NCBI RefSeq assembly: GCF_035276005.1
Contig: NZ_DATEMB010000011.1
Coordinates: 29,175 to 93,174 of the forward strand
From: Rhizorhapis sp.
GTDB lineage: Bacteria; Pseudomonadota; Alphaproteobacteria; Sphingomonadales; Sphingomonadaceae
Direction: 5' to 3'
DNA: 64,000 nt
Part shown: positions 53,296 through 62,119 of the stretch, piece after piece
Layout of the letters: each line of letters starts with the position of its first letter
Position numbering within the stretch: the first letter of the stretch is position 1
Translations under genes and position numbers: made by a program
The notes under the pieces: model-generated
Databases searched by the model: none
The model's input: the letters and a program-made list of their open reading frames with translations, nothing else
What the model was told of the DNA's origin: nothing

Positions 53296-53619
53296 TTAGC
53301 GCTCAAACAACAGCACGCCGTCGGTTTCGACGCCTCTTCCGACCTTCCCCAAACCCGCGTCCTTCGCAAACCACTCCAACTGTACCTCCGCTGAGAGATG
53401 CAGGTCGGGAGCTTCGTCGAAATCTGATTTGAACGCCGACCATATTGCGTAAGCTTTGTCAGCGTTGGGCGCGTCCATCATAATAGCCAGGTCAATGTCG
53501 CTAGCTGCATGGTGGTCGCCACGAGCGCGACTGCCATAGAGGTACACCCGCGCAATCTCAACGTGCCTCTCCGCCCACTGCACAATTGCTACTCTGTCTG
53601 CTTCTAGCAATCCGTTCAC
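53296..53619 (-). CDS. nucleotidyltransferase-fold protein (MNT/antitoxin-like)
   Basis: 107 aa containing VYLYGSRARGDHHAASDIDLAI, which matches the GSxxxG...D.D minimal NTase motif. Confidence 0.75.
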   Translation of the reverse strand: MNGLLEADRVAIVQWAERHVEIARVYLYGSRARGDHHAASDIDLAIMMDAPNADKAYAIWSAFKSDFDEAPDLHLSAEVQLEWFAKDAGLGKVGRGVETDGVLLFER

Positions 53620-53928
53620 ATCATGCTCCAGCGCTATCCATCCCGCCCACTTGCGCGTTTATAGATACGTGGTTCAATGTTTGTATATGCAAAGGGAGAT
53701 TAAATTTAGAGCGTGGGTTGGAGAAATGGAATACGATATTGTACTAGGAAAGTTCTGAGTATTCTACGTAAATTCTGGAATGAAAGGTGATTGATTAGAT
53801 GAAAGGGATAACTCTTCTCTCACGTCGTTTAATACACGCCTAGGTAGCGAACATAATACATGTGCAGTTATGCAATTCACCGGTCTTCGCTACAAAAAAT
53901 GCAGTTATATTTTGTGGTGCTGCCAAGG

Positions 53929-54430
53929 CTATTGCGGCTGTAGTGCGAAGTCCACCTGTATAGACACATCGCTGGTTGTCTGCCTGGCCATGATCCTTGC
54001 GCCACCTTGTTCCGGCGTAGGCGGCGGCGCGGCTTGCAGTGAAACAGCGGGAGGCGCGGCCTCTACGCGTGCGGCAACTTCGGCCGGTGGCAAGTAGCGC
54101 GTACCCTGCGATCCGCCGGCATCGCGAATGTATAGTATCCGGCTTACTTTCATGCCGGCCGCTTCGGCATAGGCCTCTGCGCGGCGCCGCGCTGCTTTGT
54201 AAGCGTTGGTATATGCAATGTTTGCCGTGGTTTCCGGGTCGCTCATCGTGAGATTGGGCCCGTTAACAATATTTTGCGCCGGCTTCGGTCACCGCAGTCA
54301 CAGCAGCGCCCGCCTTGTCCACGTGGCGGACCGTCACGTTGATGATTTTGGACCGTCAATGTTCCGAATGTCGGCTCTAGATGAGGCATGTTCGCCGTGG
54401 GCGCCAGGAGTGGTTCCGCACAGCGCAATC
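53929..54430 (-). pseudogene. decayed SIMPL/DUF541-family periplasmic protein gene
   Basis: Three frames together read ...FGTLTVQ / KIINVTVRHVDKAGAAVTAVTEAGA / QNIVNGPNLTMSDPETTANIAYTNAYKAARRRAEAYAEAAGMKVSRILYIRD... There is an in-frame TGA at 54289-54291, and the 5' part is missing where the RTX gene ends. Confidence 0.55.
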
Positions 54431-54433
54431 GAG

Positions 54434-56866
54434 CTAAAAGCTAAACTCCGGGTAGGTGACGCCGAGGATCGTCACTTGATCCTGCGGACCGGTGAGTTGA
54501 AGCACGAAGTCGGCGTCTGTATTGCCATCGTCGAGGTATAGGCTGAGGCGGGTGACTTCCGCTTCGGCATCCCAAATGAGGGTCGCCTGCGCGCCCGCTC
54601 CGGGCTGATAGGTCTCGCCGACGAACAACCAGTTGCCAGGCTGCTGCCCCTCCGCTTCGGTATCGACGTCGATTTGCGAGACGTCGATCACGTCCTCGGA
54701 CGCGTAGTCGATCGTGTCGATGCCGGCGGCGGCATTTGAGTCCGTGAGACCGAGATAGAGGTAAGTGTCCGTGGCGCCGTCGTGATTGGCCATGAACAGG
54801 TCGGCGCCAGCCCCGCCGATCAGTACATCGGCTCCTGCATCGCCGTAGATCACGTCATTGCCGCCGCCGCCGTCGAGGCGATCGTCGCCGTCATAGCCCC
54901 CGATGAAGTCGTGACCGGAACCGCCGGTGACATCGTCCGCGAACATTGAACCGTCGAATGTCATTTGCTCGACATTGACGATGGTCTGAGTACCATAGTT
55001 GTCCGTGATGATGAGTGGATTGTCAGGGCTGTTTGCCTGGAACGCGAATGTGATCCCCGAAGTCGAGTTGCCGAACGCGATCGACACCGCGTCCACACCG
55101 TCACCGCCGTCCAGATAATCGTTGCCAAGATAGCCGTTCAGCCAATCATTGCCACTGCCGCCATAGATATGATCGTCGCCGCTGCCCCCGGCGATGTTGT
55201 CGTCGCCCGCCTGACCCTCGATGACAAGCGAGTCAGTCAAAGCGCTCAGGTAAAAGCTGTCCGCCTCCATTGAGCCGATCCAGGCTTCAACGCCGGTGAC
55301 CTCAGCTACATGGCGCGATTGATCCATAGAGTGGATCGAAACATTGCCTCCGGTGAAGCTGCTGTCGATGTAGAGACCGCCAATCGGCAGGTCTCGCAGG
55401 TCGAGCGTGTCTTTCCCATCGCCGCCGTCCACAAAGTCAGTTCCCGTTCCTTGCGGATCGGCGAGCAACAGCAGGTCGTTGCCTGCGCCTCCCAAGAGGC
55501 TGTCCGCGCCGGAAAGGCCATCGAGCAAATCGTCACCGTCGCCGCCCAAAAGCTCATCGTTGCCGCTGCCCCCGATGAGCATGTCCGCGCCGCCACCCCC
55601 ATTGATGGACATGCCGGTGGTAGAAAACCGGAAATCGGCGATGTCGTCGAAGCTGGTCGCAAGAATCTGCTCGACGTTGGTGACCTGGGCTATGAGCGTC
55701 CCCTTGCGTACCTCGAAACCGCCAAACTCGAATCCGTGGACGCTGACGCCTGAGTCGAGATTGGCAAGGTCGAGCACGTCATTGTCGAGGCCGCCGTCGA
55801 GCGTGTCGAGGCCTTCGCCGGATGTGCTCAGCACGTCATCGCCCGAACCGCCGCTAAGCCTGTCGAAACCGCCGTCGCCGATAAGGACGTCGTTGCCCGC
55901 GCCGCCGTCTAGGATATCGTTGCCGTCGCCGCCACGTAGCCGGTCATGCCCATCTCCACCGCCGATCAGGTCGTCCCCGCCCAAGCCGTCGAATAGGTCG
56001 TTGCCGCCAAGCAGATCGACAACGTCATTCGCTTCGGTGCCGGTAAGATTGTCGGATTCTTGGGACGGCCGGTCATCATCAATGATCGTTGCGACAGCGC
56101 TGTCATCGATCACGTTCGCATTCGCGAGCGGCGTCAGCAGGAGCGAGAAGGACTCGGAGCCCTCGATGGCGTAGTCGCCAAGCAGAGAGAGGGTAACAGT
56201 CTGGACCGTCTGACCGGCCGCGAAAGTGACAGATCCCGATGCGGCAATATAGTCGAGGCCCGCGGTCGCGGTTCCATCGGCGCTCGTGAAACCCACCGTC
56301 GAGGAGGATGTGGCCGCTGCCTCTCCGCTGCGTACCAGCGTGAATGTCACCGTGCGGTCGGACTCGTTCACTTCGACGTCCGATATCGCCACTTCAGGCA
56401 ATTGCGGTGGAGGGGGAGGCATGGTTATTCCCGCAATGCCGTCGAGATTGTCATGGCGGCCGGTCAGATGAAGCTCGAACACCGCCGTGGAGCTGCCGTC
56501 ATACCATGCAAGAATGGTTATTTGGCCGTCATAAGTGAGCGTCGCCTGGCGCCCGCCGAGAGCCGGGTCATAGCTGGACACGAGCACTGCGCCGCCGAGT
56601 GAAGTAAGGTCGATGAGATCCTGTGAAGGATCGAAATCTGTGATCCGGTCGACCCCCCCCACAGGTCTGGAATCCGAGTAAGCCAAATAACGGAACGTGT
56701 CCGCCCCGCTGCCTCCGGAGATCGTGTCGGCTCCCCCGCCGCCGGTCAAAATGTCGTTCCCGCCATTCCCGTAGATCACGTCATCATAGCTCGTGCCCAC
56801 GATCACATTATCGCGATTATTGCCGCTGAACGTCTTCCCTACTGCAGGCTTGGGTGCCTTGGCCAT
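54434..56866 (-). CDS. RTX (haemolysin-type Ca-binding repeat) protein with Calx-beta domain; probable T1SS substrate
   Basis: 810 aa with many GGxGxD nonapeptides (GNGGNDILTGGGGADTISGGSGADTF, GGDGHDRLRGGDGNDILDGGAGNDVLIGDGG). The Calx-beta-like block is VNESDRTVTFTLVRSG...ADGTATAGLDYIAASGSVTFAAGQTVQTVTLSL. There is no N-terminal signal peptide. Confidence 0.88.
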   Translation of the reverse strand: MAKAPKPAVGKTFSGNNRDNVIVGTSYDDVIYGNGGNDILTGGGGADTISGGSGADTFRYLAYSDSRPVGGVDRITDFDPSQDLIDLTSLGGAVLVSSYDPALGGRQATLTYDGQITILAWYDGSSTAVFELHLTGRHDNLDGIAGITMPPPPPQLPEVAISDVEVNESDRTVTFTLVRSGEAAATSSSTVGFTSADGTATAGLDYIAASGSVTFAAGQTVQTVTLSLLGDYAIEGSESFSLLLTPLANANVIDDSAVATIIDDDRPSQESDNLTGTEANDVVDLLGGNDLFDGLGGDDLIGGGDGHDRLRGGDGNDILDGGAGNDVLIGDGGFDRLSGGSGDDVLSTSGEGLDTLDGGLDNDVLDLANLDSGVSVHGFEFGGFEVRKGTLIAQVTNVEQILATSFDDIADFRFSTTGMSINGGGGADMLIGGSGNDELLGGDGDDLLDGLSGADSLLGGAGNDLLLLADPQGTGTDFVDGGDGKDTLDLRDLPIGGLYIDSSFTGGNVSIHSMDQSRHVAEVTGVEAWIGSMEADSFYLSALTDSLVIEGQAGDDNIAGGSGDDHIYGGSGNDWLNGYLGNDYLDGGDGVDAVSIAFGNSTSGITFAFQANSPDNPLIITDNYGTQTIVNVEQMTFDGSMFADDVTGGSGHDFIGGYDGDDRLDGGGGNDVIYGDAGADVLIGGAGADLFMANHDGATDTYLYLGLTDSNAAAGIDTIDYASEDVIDVSQIDVDTEAEGQQPGNWLFVGETYQPGAGAQATLIWDAEAEVTRLSLYLDDGNTDADFVLQLTGPQDQVTILGVTYPEFSF

Positions 56867-57214
56867 CTGATCTCCCCCCGCTGCGACGCGCTCCTCACAT
56901 GCTTACACTCGAATCGCAGAACCGCGATGGTTGCCTTGTGCGAAGCAAAGCACAAGGAGTGAAATCAAGAAATTCACTCCAGTCCAGTTTCGAGACAATC
57001 AGATAATGCTTGGCGGCTCCAGGCGCTTAACTTTTGTCGCTCAGGTTGATCAACATTGGGACAGGGCCGGGAAATATAGCTTTCGTCATATTTACTATGA
57101 TCGGACCACCAACCAAGCTGATCTATAGCGAACTTCATGCGCGGGGGCGTCGATTCGCAAAGGTTTGAATTTAACGGAATTCTTGGGACTAGGTCCCGAG
57201 ATTAGGGGCGGGAC

Positions 57215-60200
57215 ATGGCTGCAAAAACCACCATTAAAGTAGCGATCACCAACAGCGCGGCGAAGGACGATAGCTTCAGCGGCGATAATCTGGACTGGCT
57301 GAGTGAAGACGGTTCCCTAGCGGGCAGCCTGAATGTGCTGGGCAATGATCCTGGGTCGGCATCGCTGTGGAGTGTATCAAGCACAGAACCCACAAGTACA
57401 GGAAACATCGGTCAGGAGGCTGCCGGCAGCGAGGATAGTTTCAACGTCAATTTTAATGGTCAGAGCTATACCGGCAAATTGATCATGAATGCCGATGGTA
57501 CGGTGGGTTTTGACCTGACCAGCATGCTCGGAGTAATCGGCGAACTGGCTGAAGGCGAGGTCGTCAGCACCACCTTTTACTATACCGCTCGCATGGCCAA
57601 TGGCGTGCTGAGCACCGCCAAGGTGACGGTGGAAATCACAGGCGAAAATGACGGCCCGACACTCAGCGCCACCGCACAGGCCTATACAGATACACAGGTG
57701 TATGACGACTTTTCGTCTGTTGGCGGACAGTTGGCGGGCCATGACGTCGATCATGGAGCAAAACTGACCTACGGCTTGGCCGAGGGTCAGAATGGGGAAA
57801 GCCCCTATGGCACTTTTACTGTTGATGCGGCGGGCAACTGGAACTTTGTGCCGGACGACGCGGCCATCAATGCGCTGGTTTCTCCCCTGGAGCTGAATTT
57901 CAACGTTTACGTGACGGATGAGCACGGGGCTCGCGCCGATAATGTCGTCAAGATCACACTGAACGGCGTCGATGATGCGGCGGTTATCACTGGCGACGTG
58001 ACTGGATCAGTGACCGAGGCGAGCGGGATTGCGAACGGCACGGCGGGTGTGTTGACCGCCGTCGGCGACCTGGACGCTACCGACGTCGACAGCTCCGCCG
58101 CTTTTGCCGAGCAGAATGATGTGGGGACGAGCTACGGCCATTTCTCGATCAATATGGATGGCGAATGGAGCTACACGGTCGACGATGAAAACGCCGCCGT
58201 GCAGGCGCTCAATATTGGCGGTGAGCTTATAGAGACGGTGACGGTAGAGACCGCCGACGGTACAAAGCAGCAGATCGGGATCAAGATTCTCGGTGCAAAC
58301 GATGCTGCGGTGATCACGGGGAATGTGACAGGATCAGTGACGGAGGCGAGCGGATTCCTGAATGCGGTGCCTGGTGTGCCGACCGCCACTGGCGATCTCG
58401 ATGCAGCCGATGTGGATAGCTCCGCAGCCTTTGTCGAGCAGAACAATGCCGAGAAGACCTATGGTCATTTCTCAATCGATGCCGATGGGGCGTGGAGCTA
58501 TACGGTCGACAATGAAAATGCGACGGTGCAGGCGCTCAATGATGGCGACACTCTGTCTGACATGGTGACTGTAACCACCGCAGACGGCACGACGCAGCAG
58601 GTGCAAATCACCATCAACGGCGTGAACGATGCTGCCCTGCTGTCTTCAGCCGTGGAGAATCTCTCCGAAACGGATGCAGCAATCAGCATCAGCGCGTCGG
58701 GGGTTTTGACCATCAGCGACGTTGACAGTCCTGAGATCTTCAAGACGCAAACCGACACCCCAGGCAATTATGGCAGGTTCAGCATCGCGGCCGACGGCGC
58801 TTGGACCTATGTCGCCGACAGTGCGCATAATGAATTCGTCGCTGGACAAATCTATACCGAACACTTCCCTGTACGGTCATCGGACGGCACTTTTACCAGC
58901 GTAACCATCAATATCCTGGGCACCAATGATGCAGCCTTGCTGTCTCCGGCAGCGGTGACGCTTACCGAGACGGATTCAGCGGCGGATGTCGGCGCGTCCG
59001 GCATGCTGGCGATCAGCGATGTGGATAGCGCCGAAACCTTCCAGGCGCAGGCAGATGTCGTGGGCAACTATGGCAAGTTCAGCATTGCCGCCGATGGCGC
59101 ATGGACCTATGTCTCCGACAGCGCGCATGATGAGTTTGCTGCGGGCCAGACCTATTCCGACAGCTTCGCCGTCCTGGCGGCGGACGGGACACCAACCAGC
59201 GTATCGGTCAAGATTTTCGGGACCAATGACGCGGCGGTGATCACGGGCGACAGCAGCGGCACCATAGTGGAAGATGCACCACCCGCAGCCATCAGCGGCA
59301 ATCTGGACGCGGACGATGTTGACGGTCCTGATGACGCTTTCGTAGCAGTGGCTGCGCCTTCGTCGACGTCATATGGCTCCTATACCGTGGATGCGGCGGG
59401 CCACTGGACCTATCAACTGGATAATAGCAATCCCACTGTCAACGCTTTGAACAATGGTGGCAGCCTGGCTGACAACTTCACCGTGTTTACGACTGACGGG
59501 GCTTCGCAAGTGGTGAGCATTGCCATTCAGGGCCATTCGGACGCTATTGTTGTGGCTCCAGTGTATGATGGTGCTGGTCCCGATGATCATGATGCTGATG
59601 TCGGCAGCTCAGCGCAGAATGTTCTACTCGTCAATGGCACTAATGCGGGAGAGACCCTGATCGGCGACACGTCCTCTAACGACAAGGACATCATTAACGG
59701 GTTCGGTGGGGATGATATCATCAACGCTGGCGATGCGACTGACCAAGTCTATGGTGGAACTGGCAATGACATCATAAATGGAGGTAGTCATGCCGATAGT
59801 CTTTATGGCCAGTCGGGCATCGACACCATCCATGGTGATGAGCACGTTGACCAGATTTTCGGTGGCTCTGGTGTTGATTTCCTGTTCGGTGACCTGGGCG
59901 ATGACACCATCAATGGCGGCTCTGGGAACGACAGCATCAATGGGGGCGGCGGTAACGACATCATCGTGGGCGGCTATGGCGCCGATAGCCTGAACGGCGG
60001 GGCTGACAACGACACGTTCCGCTATCTGTCGGTGCTGGACACGGGGGATATCATTGCCGACTTCAACCAGAACGGCAATGACCTGATCGATCTGTCCGCA
60101 ATCGACGCGAACGGGGCCGCGGCCGGGGATCCGGCATTCAGCTTCGGGGGTACCACGGCGACCGCAAACGGTGTCTGGTATGCTGTGAACAGCGGCAATG

Positions 60201-60310
60201 CGACCGTCTATGTCGATACCGATGGTGATGTGGGAACGGCGGAAATGGCGATCCAGCTTCTGGGCGTCACCAGCCTGTCAGGGGAGGCTGGCGTCGATTT
60301 CAATTTCTAA
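57215..60310 (+). CDS. VCBS-repeat / RTX large surface protein; probable T1SS substrate
   Basis: 1031 aa with about 7 tandem ~100-aa modules of the type VTEA..G.LDA.DVDS...F..Q....YGHFSIDADGAWSYTVD....VQALN.G..L...VTV.T.DGT...V.I.I.G.NDAA. C-terminal RTX nonapeptides (GGTGNDIINGGSHADSLYGQSGIDTIHG) and an uncleaved C-terminal secretion-type domain follow. Confidence 0.88.
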   Translation: MAAKTTIKVAITNSAAKDDSFSGDNLDWLSEDGSLAGSLNVLGNDPGSASLWSVSSTEPTSTGNIGQEAAGSEDSFNVNFNGQSYTGKLIMNADGTVGFDLTSMLGVIGELAEGEVVSTTFYYTARMANGVLSTAKVTVEITGENDGPTLSATAQAYTDTQVYDDFSSVGGQLAGHDVDHGAKLTYGLAEGQNGESPYGTFTVDAAGNWNFVPDDAAINALVSPLELNFNVYVTDEHGARADNVVKITLNGVDDAAVITGDVTGSVTEASGIANGTAGVLTAVGDLDATDVDSSAAFAEQNDVGTSYGHFSINMDGEWSYTVDDENAAVQALNIGGELIETVTVETADGTKQQIGIKILGANDAAVITGNVTGSVTEASGFLNAVPGVPTATGDLDAADVDSSAAFVEQNNAEKTYGHFSIDADGAWSYTVDNENATVQALNDGDTLSDMVTVTTADGTTQQVQITINGVNDAALLSSAVENLSETDAAISISASGVLTISDVDSPEIFKTQTDTPGNYGRFSIAADGAWTYVADSAHNEFVAGQIYTEHFPVRSSDGTFTSVTINILGTNDAALLSPAAVTLTETDSAADVGASGMLAISDVDSAETFQAQADVVGNYGKFSIAADGAWTYVSDSAHDEFAAGQTYSDSFAVLAADGTPTSVSVKIFGTNDAAVITGDSSGTIVEDAPPAAISGNLDADDVDGPDDAFVAVAAPSSTSYGSYTVDAAGHWTYQLDNSNPTVNALNNGGSLADNFTVFTTDGASQVVSIAIQGHSDAIVVAPVYDGAGPDDHDADVGSSAQNVLLVNGTNAGETLIGDTSSNDKDIINGFGGDDIINAGDATDQVYGGTGNDIINGGSHADSLYGQSGIDTIHGDEHVDQIFGGSGVDFLFGDLGDDTINGGSGNDSINGGGGNDIIVGGYGADSLNGGADNDTFRYLSVLDTGDIIADFNQNGNDLIDLSAIDANGAAAGDPAFSFGGTTATANGVWYAVNSGNATVYVDTDGDVGTAEMAIQLLGVTSLSGEAGVDFNF

Positions 60311-60376
60311 ATATTGGGATGGGCTTTCGAAAAGATTCAGACTCTTCTGATAAGACCATGCGCTGTTGGAGGGACC

Positions 60377-62116
60377 ATGCTTGATTTTCGACAGCCATCC
60401 CGGCCTATCGCCGCCGCGCTGCAGGCCTGCCGGCGGCATTTCCTGGCGGCTGCCGGGTTCAGCGTGTTACTCAACCTGCTGTTCCTCGCCCCGATGCTGT
60501 ACATGCTCCAGATCTACGACCGGGCGGTGCCGACGCAGGGAAAGCTGACGCTGATCTTCCTGACGCTTGTGGTCCTGTTCGCGCTCATCACCATGGCGCT
60601 GCTTGATTTCGTGCGCGCGCGCCTGCTGGTGCGGGCGAGCGTTCGGCTCGACCGCCAGCTGTCGGGACATTTGCTAGACACCCTGCTGGCCTCCAGCGCA
60701 CGCACCGGCGATGCCATGCGCAAGCAGGCGCTGCGAGAGTTCGATACTCTGCGGCAAGCATTGACCGGTCTTGCCATCCTCGCCTTCTTTGATGCGCCTT
60801 GGAGCCCTGTCTACGTCCTCATCTGCTTCATTATTCATCCGGCGATAGGGGCCCTTGCCCTTGCCGGGGGCACGGTCCTCCTTCTCATTGCCCTTCGCAA
60901 TGAGAAGCTGACCAATGGGCCGCTCCGGGAAGCCAATGAGGCGGCGAGCCGCGCCTATGTGAGCCAGGAACAGGCGCTCGCGGGCGCCGATGTCATTCGG
61001 GCTCTCGGCATGCGCGGGCCGCTAGTTCGGCGGCACCTCCATGAACGTGAAGAGATGATGCGGCTGCAGACGGGCGCGAGTTTGGTGGCCAGCCGCTACA
61101 TGACGCTCAGCAAGTTCCTTCGCATGGCGCTTCAGTCCCTGGCTCTGGGGCTGGGTGCATGGCTTGCCATCGGCAACGCCATTTCGGCGGGCGCCATCTT
61201 CGCGTCCTCCTTCCTTATCGGCCGGGCCCTTGCCCCCCTTGATCAGCTGCTGGGCGCCTGGCGCAGCGTAGTTCAGGCTCGTACGGCCTATGCGAAATTG
61301 AGCGACCTGTTGGATGCGCGGGAACCCGACATTGCCTTGACGCAACTGCCCGCGCCCAGTGGCCGTATTTCGGTTGAGCATCTGACGGTTCTCAACGCCG
61401 CCAAAGATGGTACGGTCTTGTCGGACATCAGTTTCGGCGTTGCGCCTGGCGAGGTGATTGCCGTCCTGGGACCAAGCGGCGCGGGAAAATCGACGCTCAT
61501 TCGTATGCTGGCGGGCGCAGCGCGGCCGGATCGCGGCTCGGTCCGCTTTGATGGTGCGGAGAGAAGTGACTGGGATCCGGAGCGGCTTGCGCGTCATGTT
61601 GGCTATCTGCCGCAGGACACGTCGCTTTTTGCCGGAACGGTCAAGGAAAATATCGCGCGCTTTCAGAACCATTTGGCCGGCGAGGCCGCTGCCATCGATG
61701 AAGCCGCCGTGCAGGCTGCCAGGCAATGCGGCGCGCATGAGATGATCCTGCGCTTGCCGGGTGGCTATGACTGCCTGTTGGGCTGGGGCGGCCGCGGGCT
61801 GTCGGCAGGCCAGGCCCAGCGCGTCGGACTTGCCCGTGCTCTTTTCGGCGCACCGCCCATCGTGCTGCTCGACGAGCCCAATGCCCATCTCGACGCTGAG
61901 GGAGAAACCCAGCTTGTCGCGACGATCGCGGCCCTCAAAATCCGTGGCGCCTCAATCATCCTTGTTGCGCACCGCATGGGCATATTGGGCGTAGTCGACA
62001 AGATAATGGTGCTGCGCGAAGGACGCATCGACGCGTTTGGCGCGCGCGATGAGGTTCTGGGACGGCTGAAGGCGGTCGGGCCTCGTGGCAAGCCCCCTCA
62101 GGTGGCGGAGGCCTGA
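60377..62116 (+). CDS. type I secretion system ABC transporter (PrtD/HasD type, no C39 domain)
   Basis: The start MLDFRQPSRPIAAALQACRRHFL is followed by a 6-TM domain. Walker A is GPSGAGKST, the signature is LSAGQAQRVGLARA and Walker B is IVLLDEPNAHLD. Confidence 0.9.
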   Translation: MLDFRQPSRPIAAALQACRRHFLAAAGFSVLLNLLFLAPMLYMLQIYDRAVPTQGKLTLIFLTLVVLFALITMALLDFVRARLLVRASVRLDRQLSGHLLDTLLASSARTGDAMRKQALREFDTLRQALTGLAILAFFDAPWSPVYVLICFIIHPAIGALALAGGTVLLLIALRNEKLTNGPLREANEAASRAYVSQEQALAGADVIRALGMRGPLVRRHLHEREEMMRLQTGASLVASRYMTLSKFLRMALQSLALGLGAWLAIGNAISAGAIFASSFLIGRALAPLDQLLGAWRSVVQARTAYAKLSDLLDAREPDIALTQLPAPSGRISVEHLTVLNAAKDGTVLSDISFGVAPGEVIAVLGPSGAGKSTLIRMLAGAARPDRGSVRFDGAERSDWDPERLARHVGYLPQDTSLFAGTVKENIARFQNHLAGEAAAIDEAAVQAARQCGAHEMILRLPGGYDCLLGWGGRGLSAGQAQRVGLARALFGAPPIVLLDEPNAHLDAEGETQLVATIAALKIRGASIILVAHRMGILGVVDKIMVLREGRIDAFGARDEVLGRLKAVGPRGKPPQVAEA

Positions 62117-62119
62117 ACC

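Noticed and set aside
53212-53300. Integrase or att direct repeat expected at a tRNA-linked island
   Set aside because: No integrase-like ORF and no obvious repeat of the tRNA-Leu 3' end were found by eye in the window. The island call therefore rests on composition and gene content only.
53182-53432. Small plus-strand ORFs starting inside or just after tRNA-Leu
   Set aside because: They overlap the tRNA, the terminator hairpin and the antisense strand of the NTase gene. There is no coding signal.
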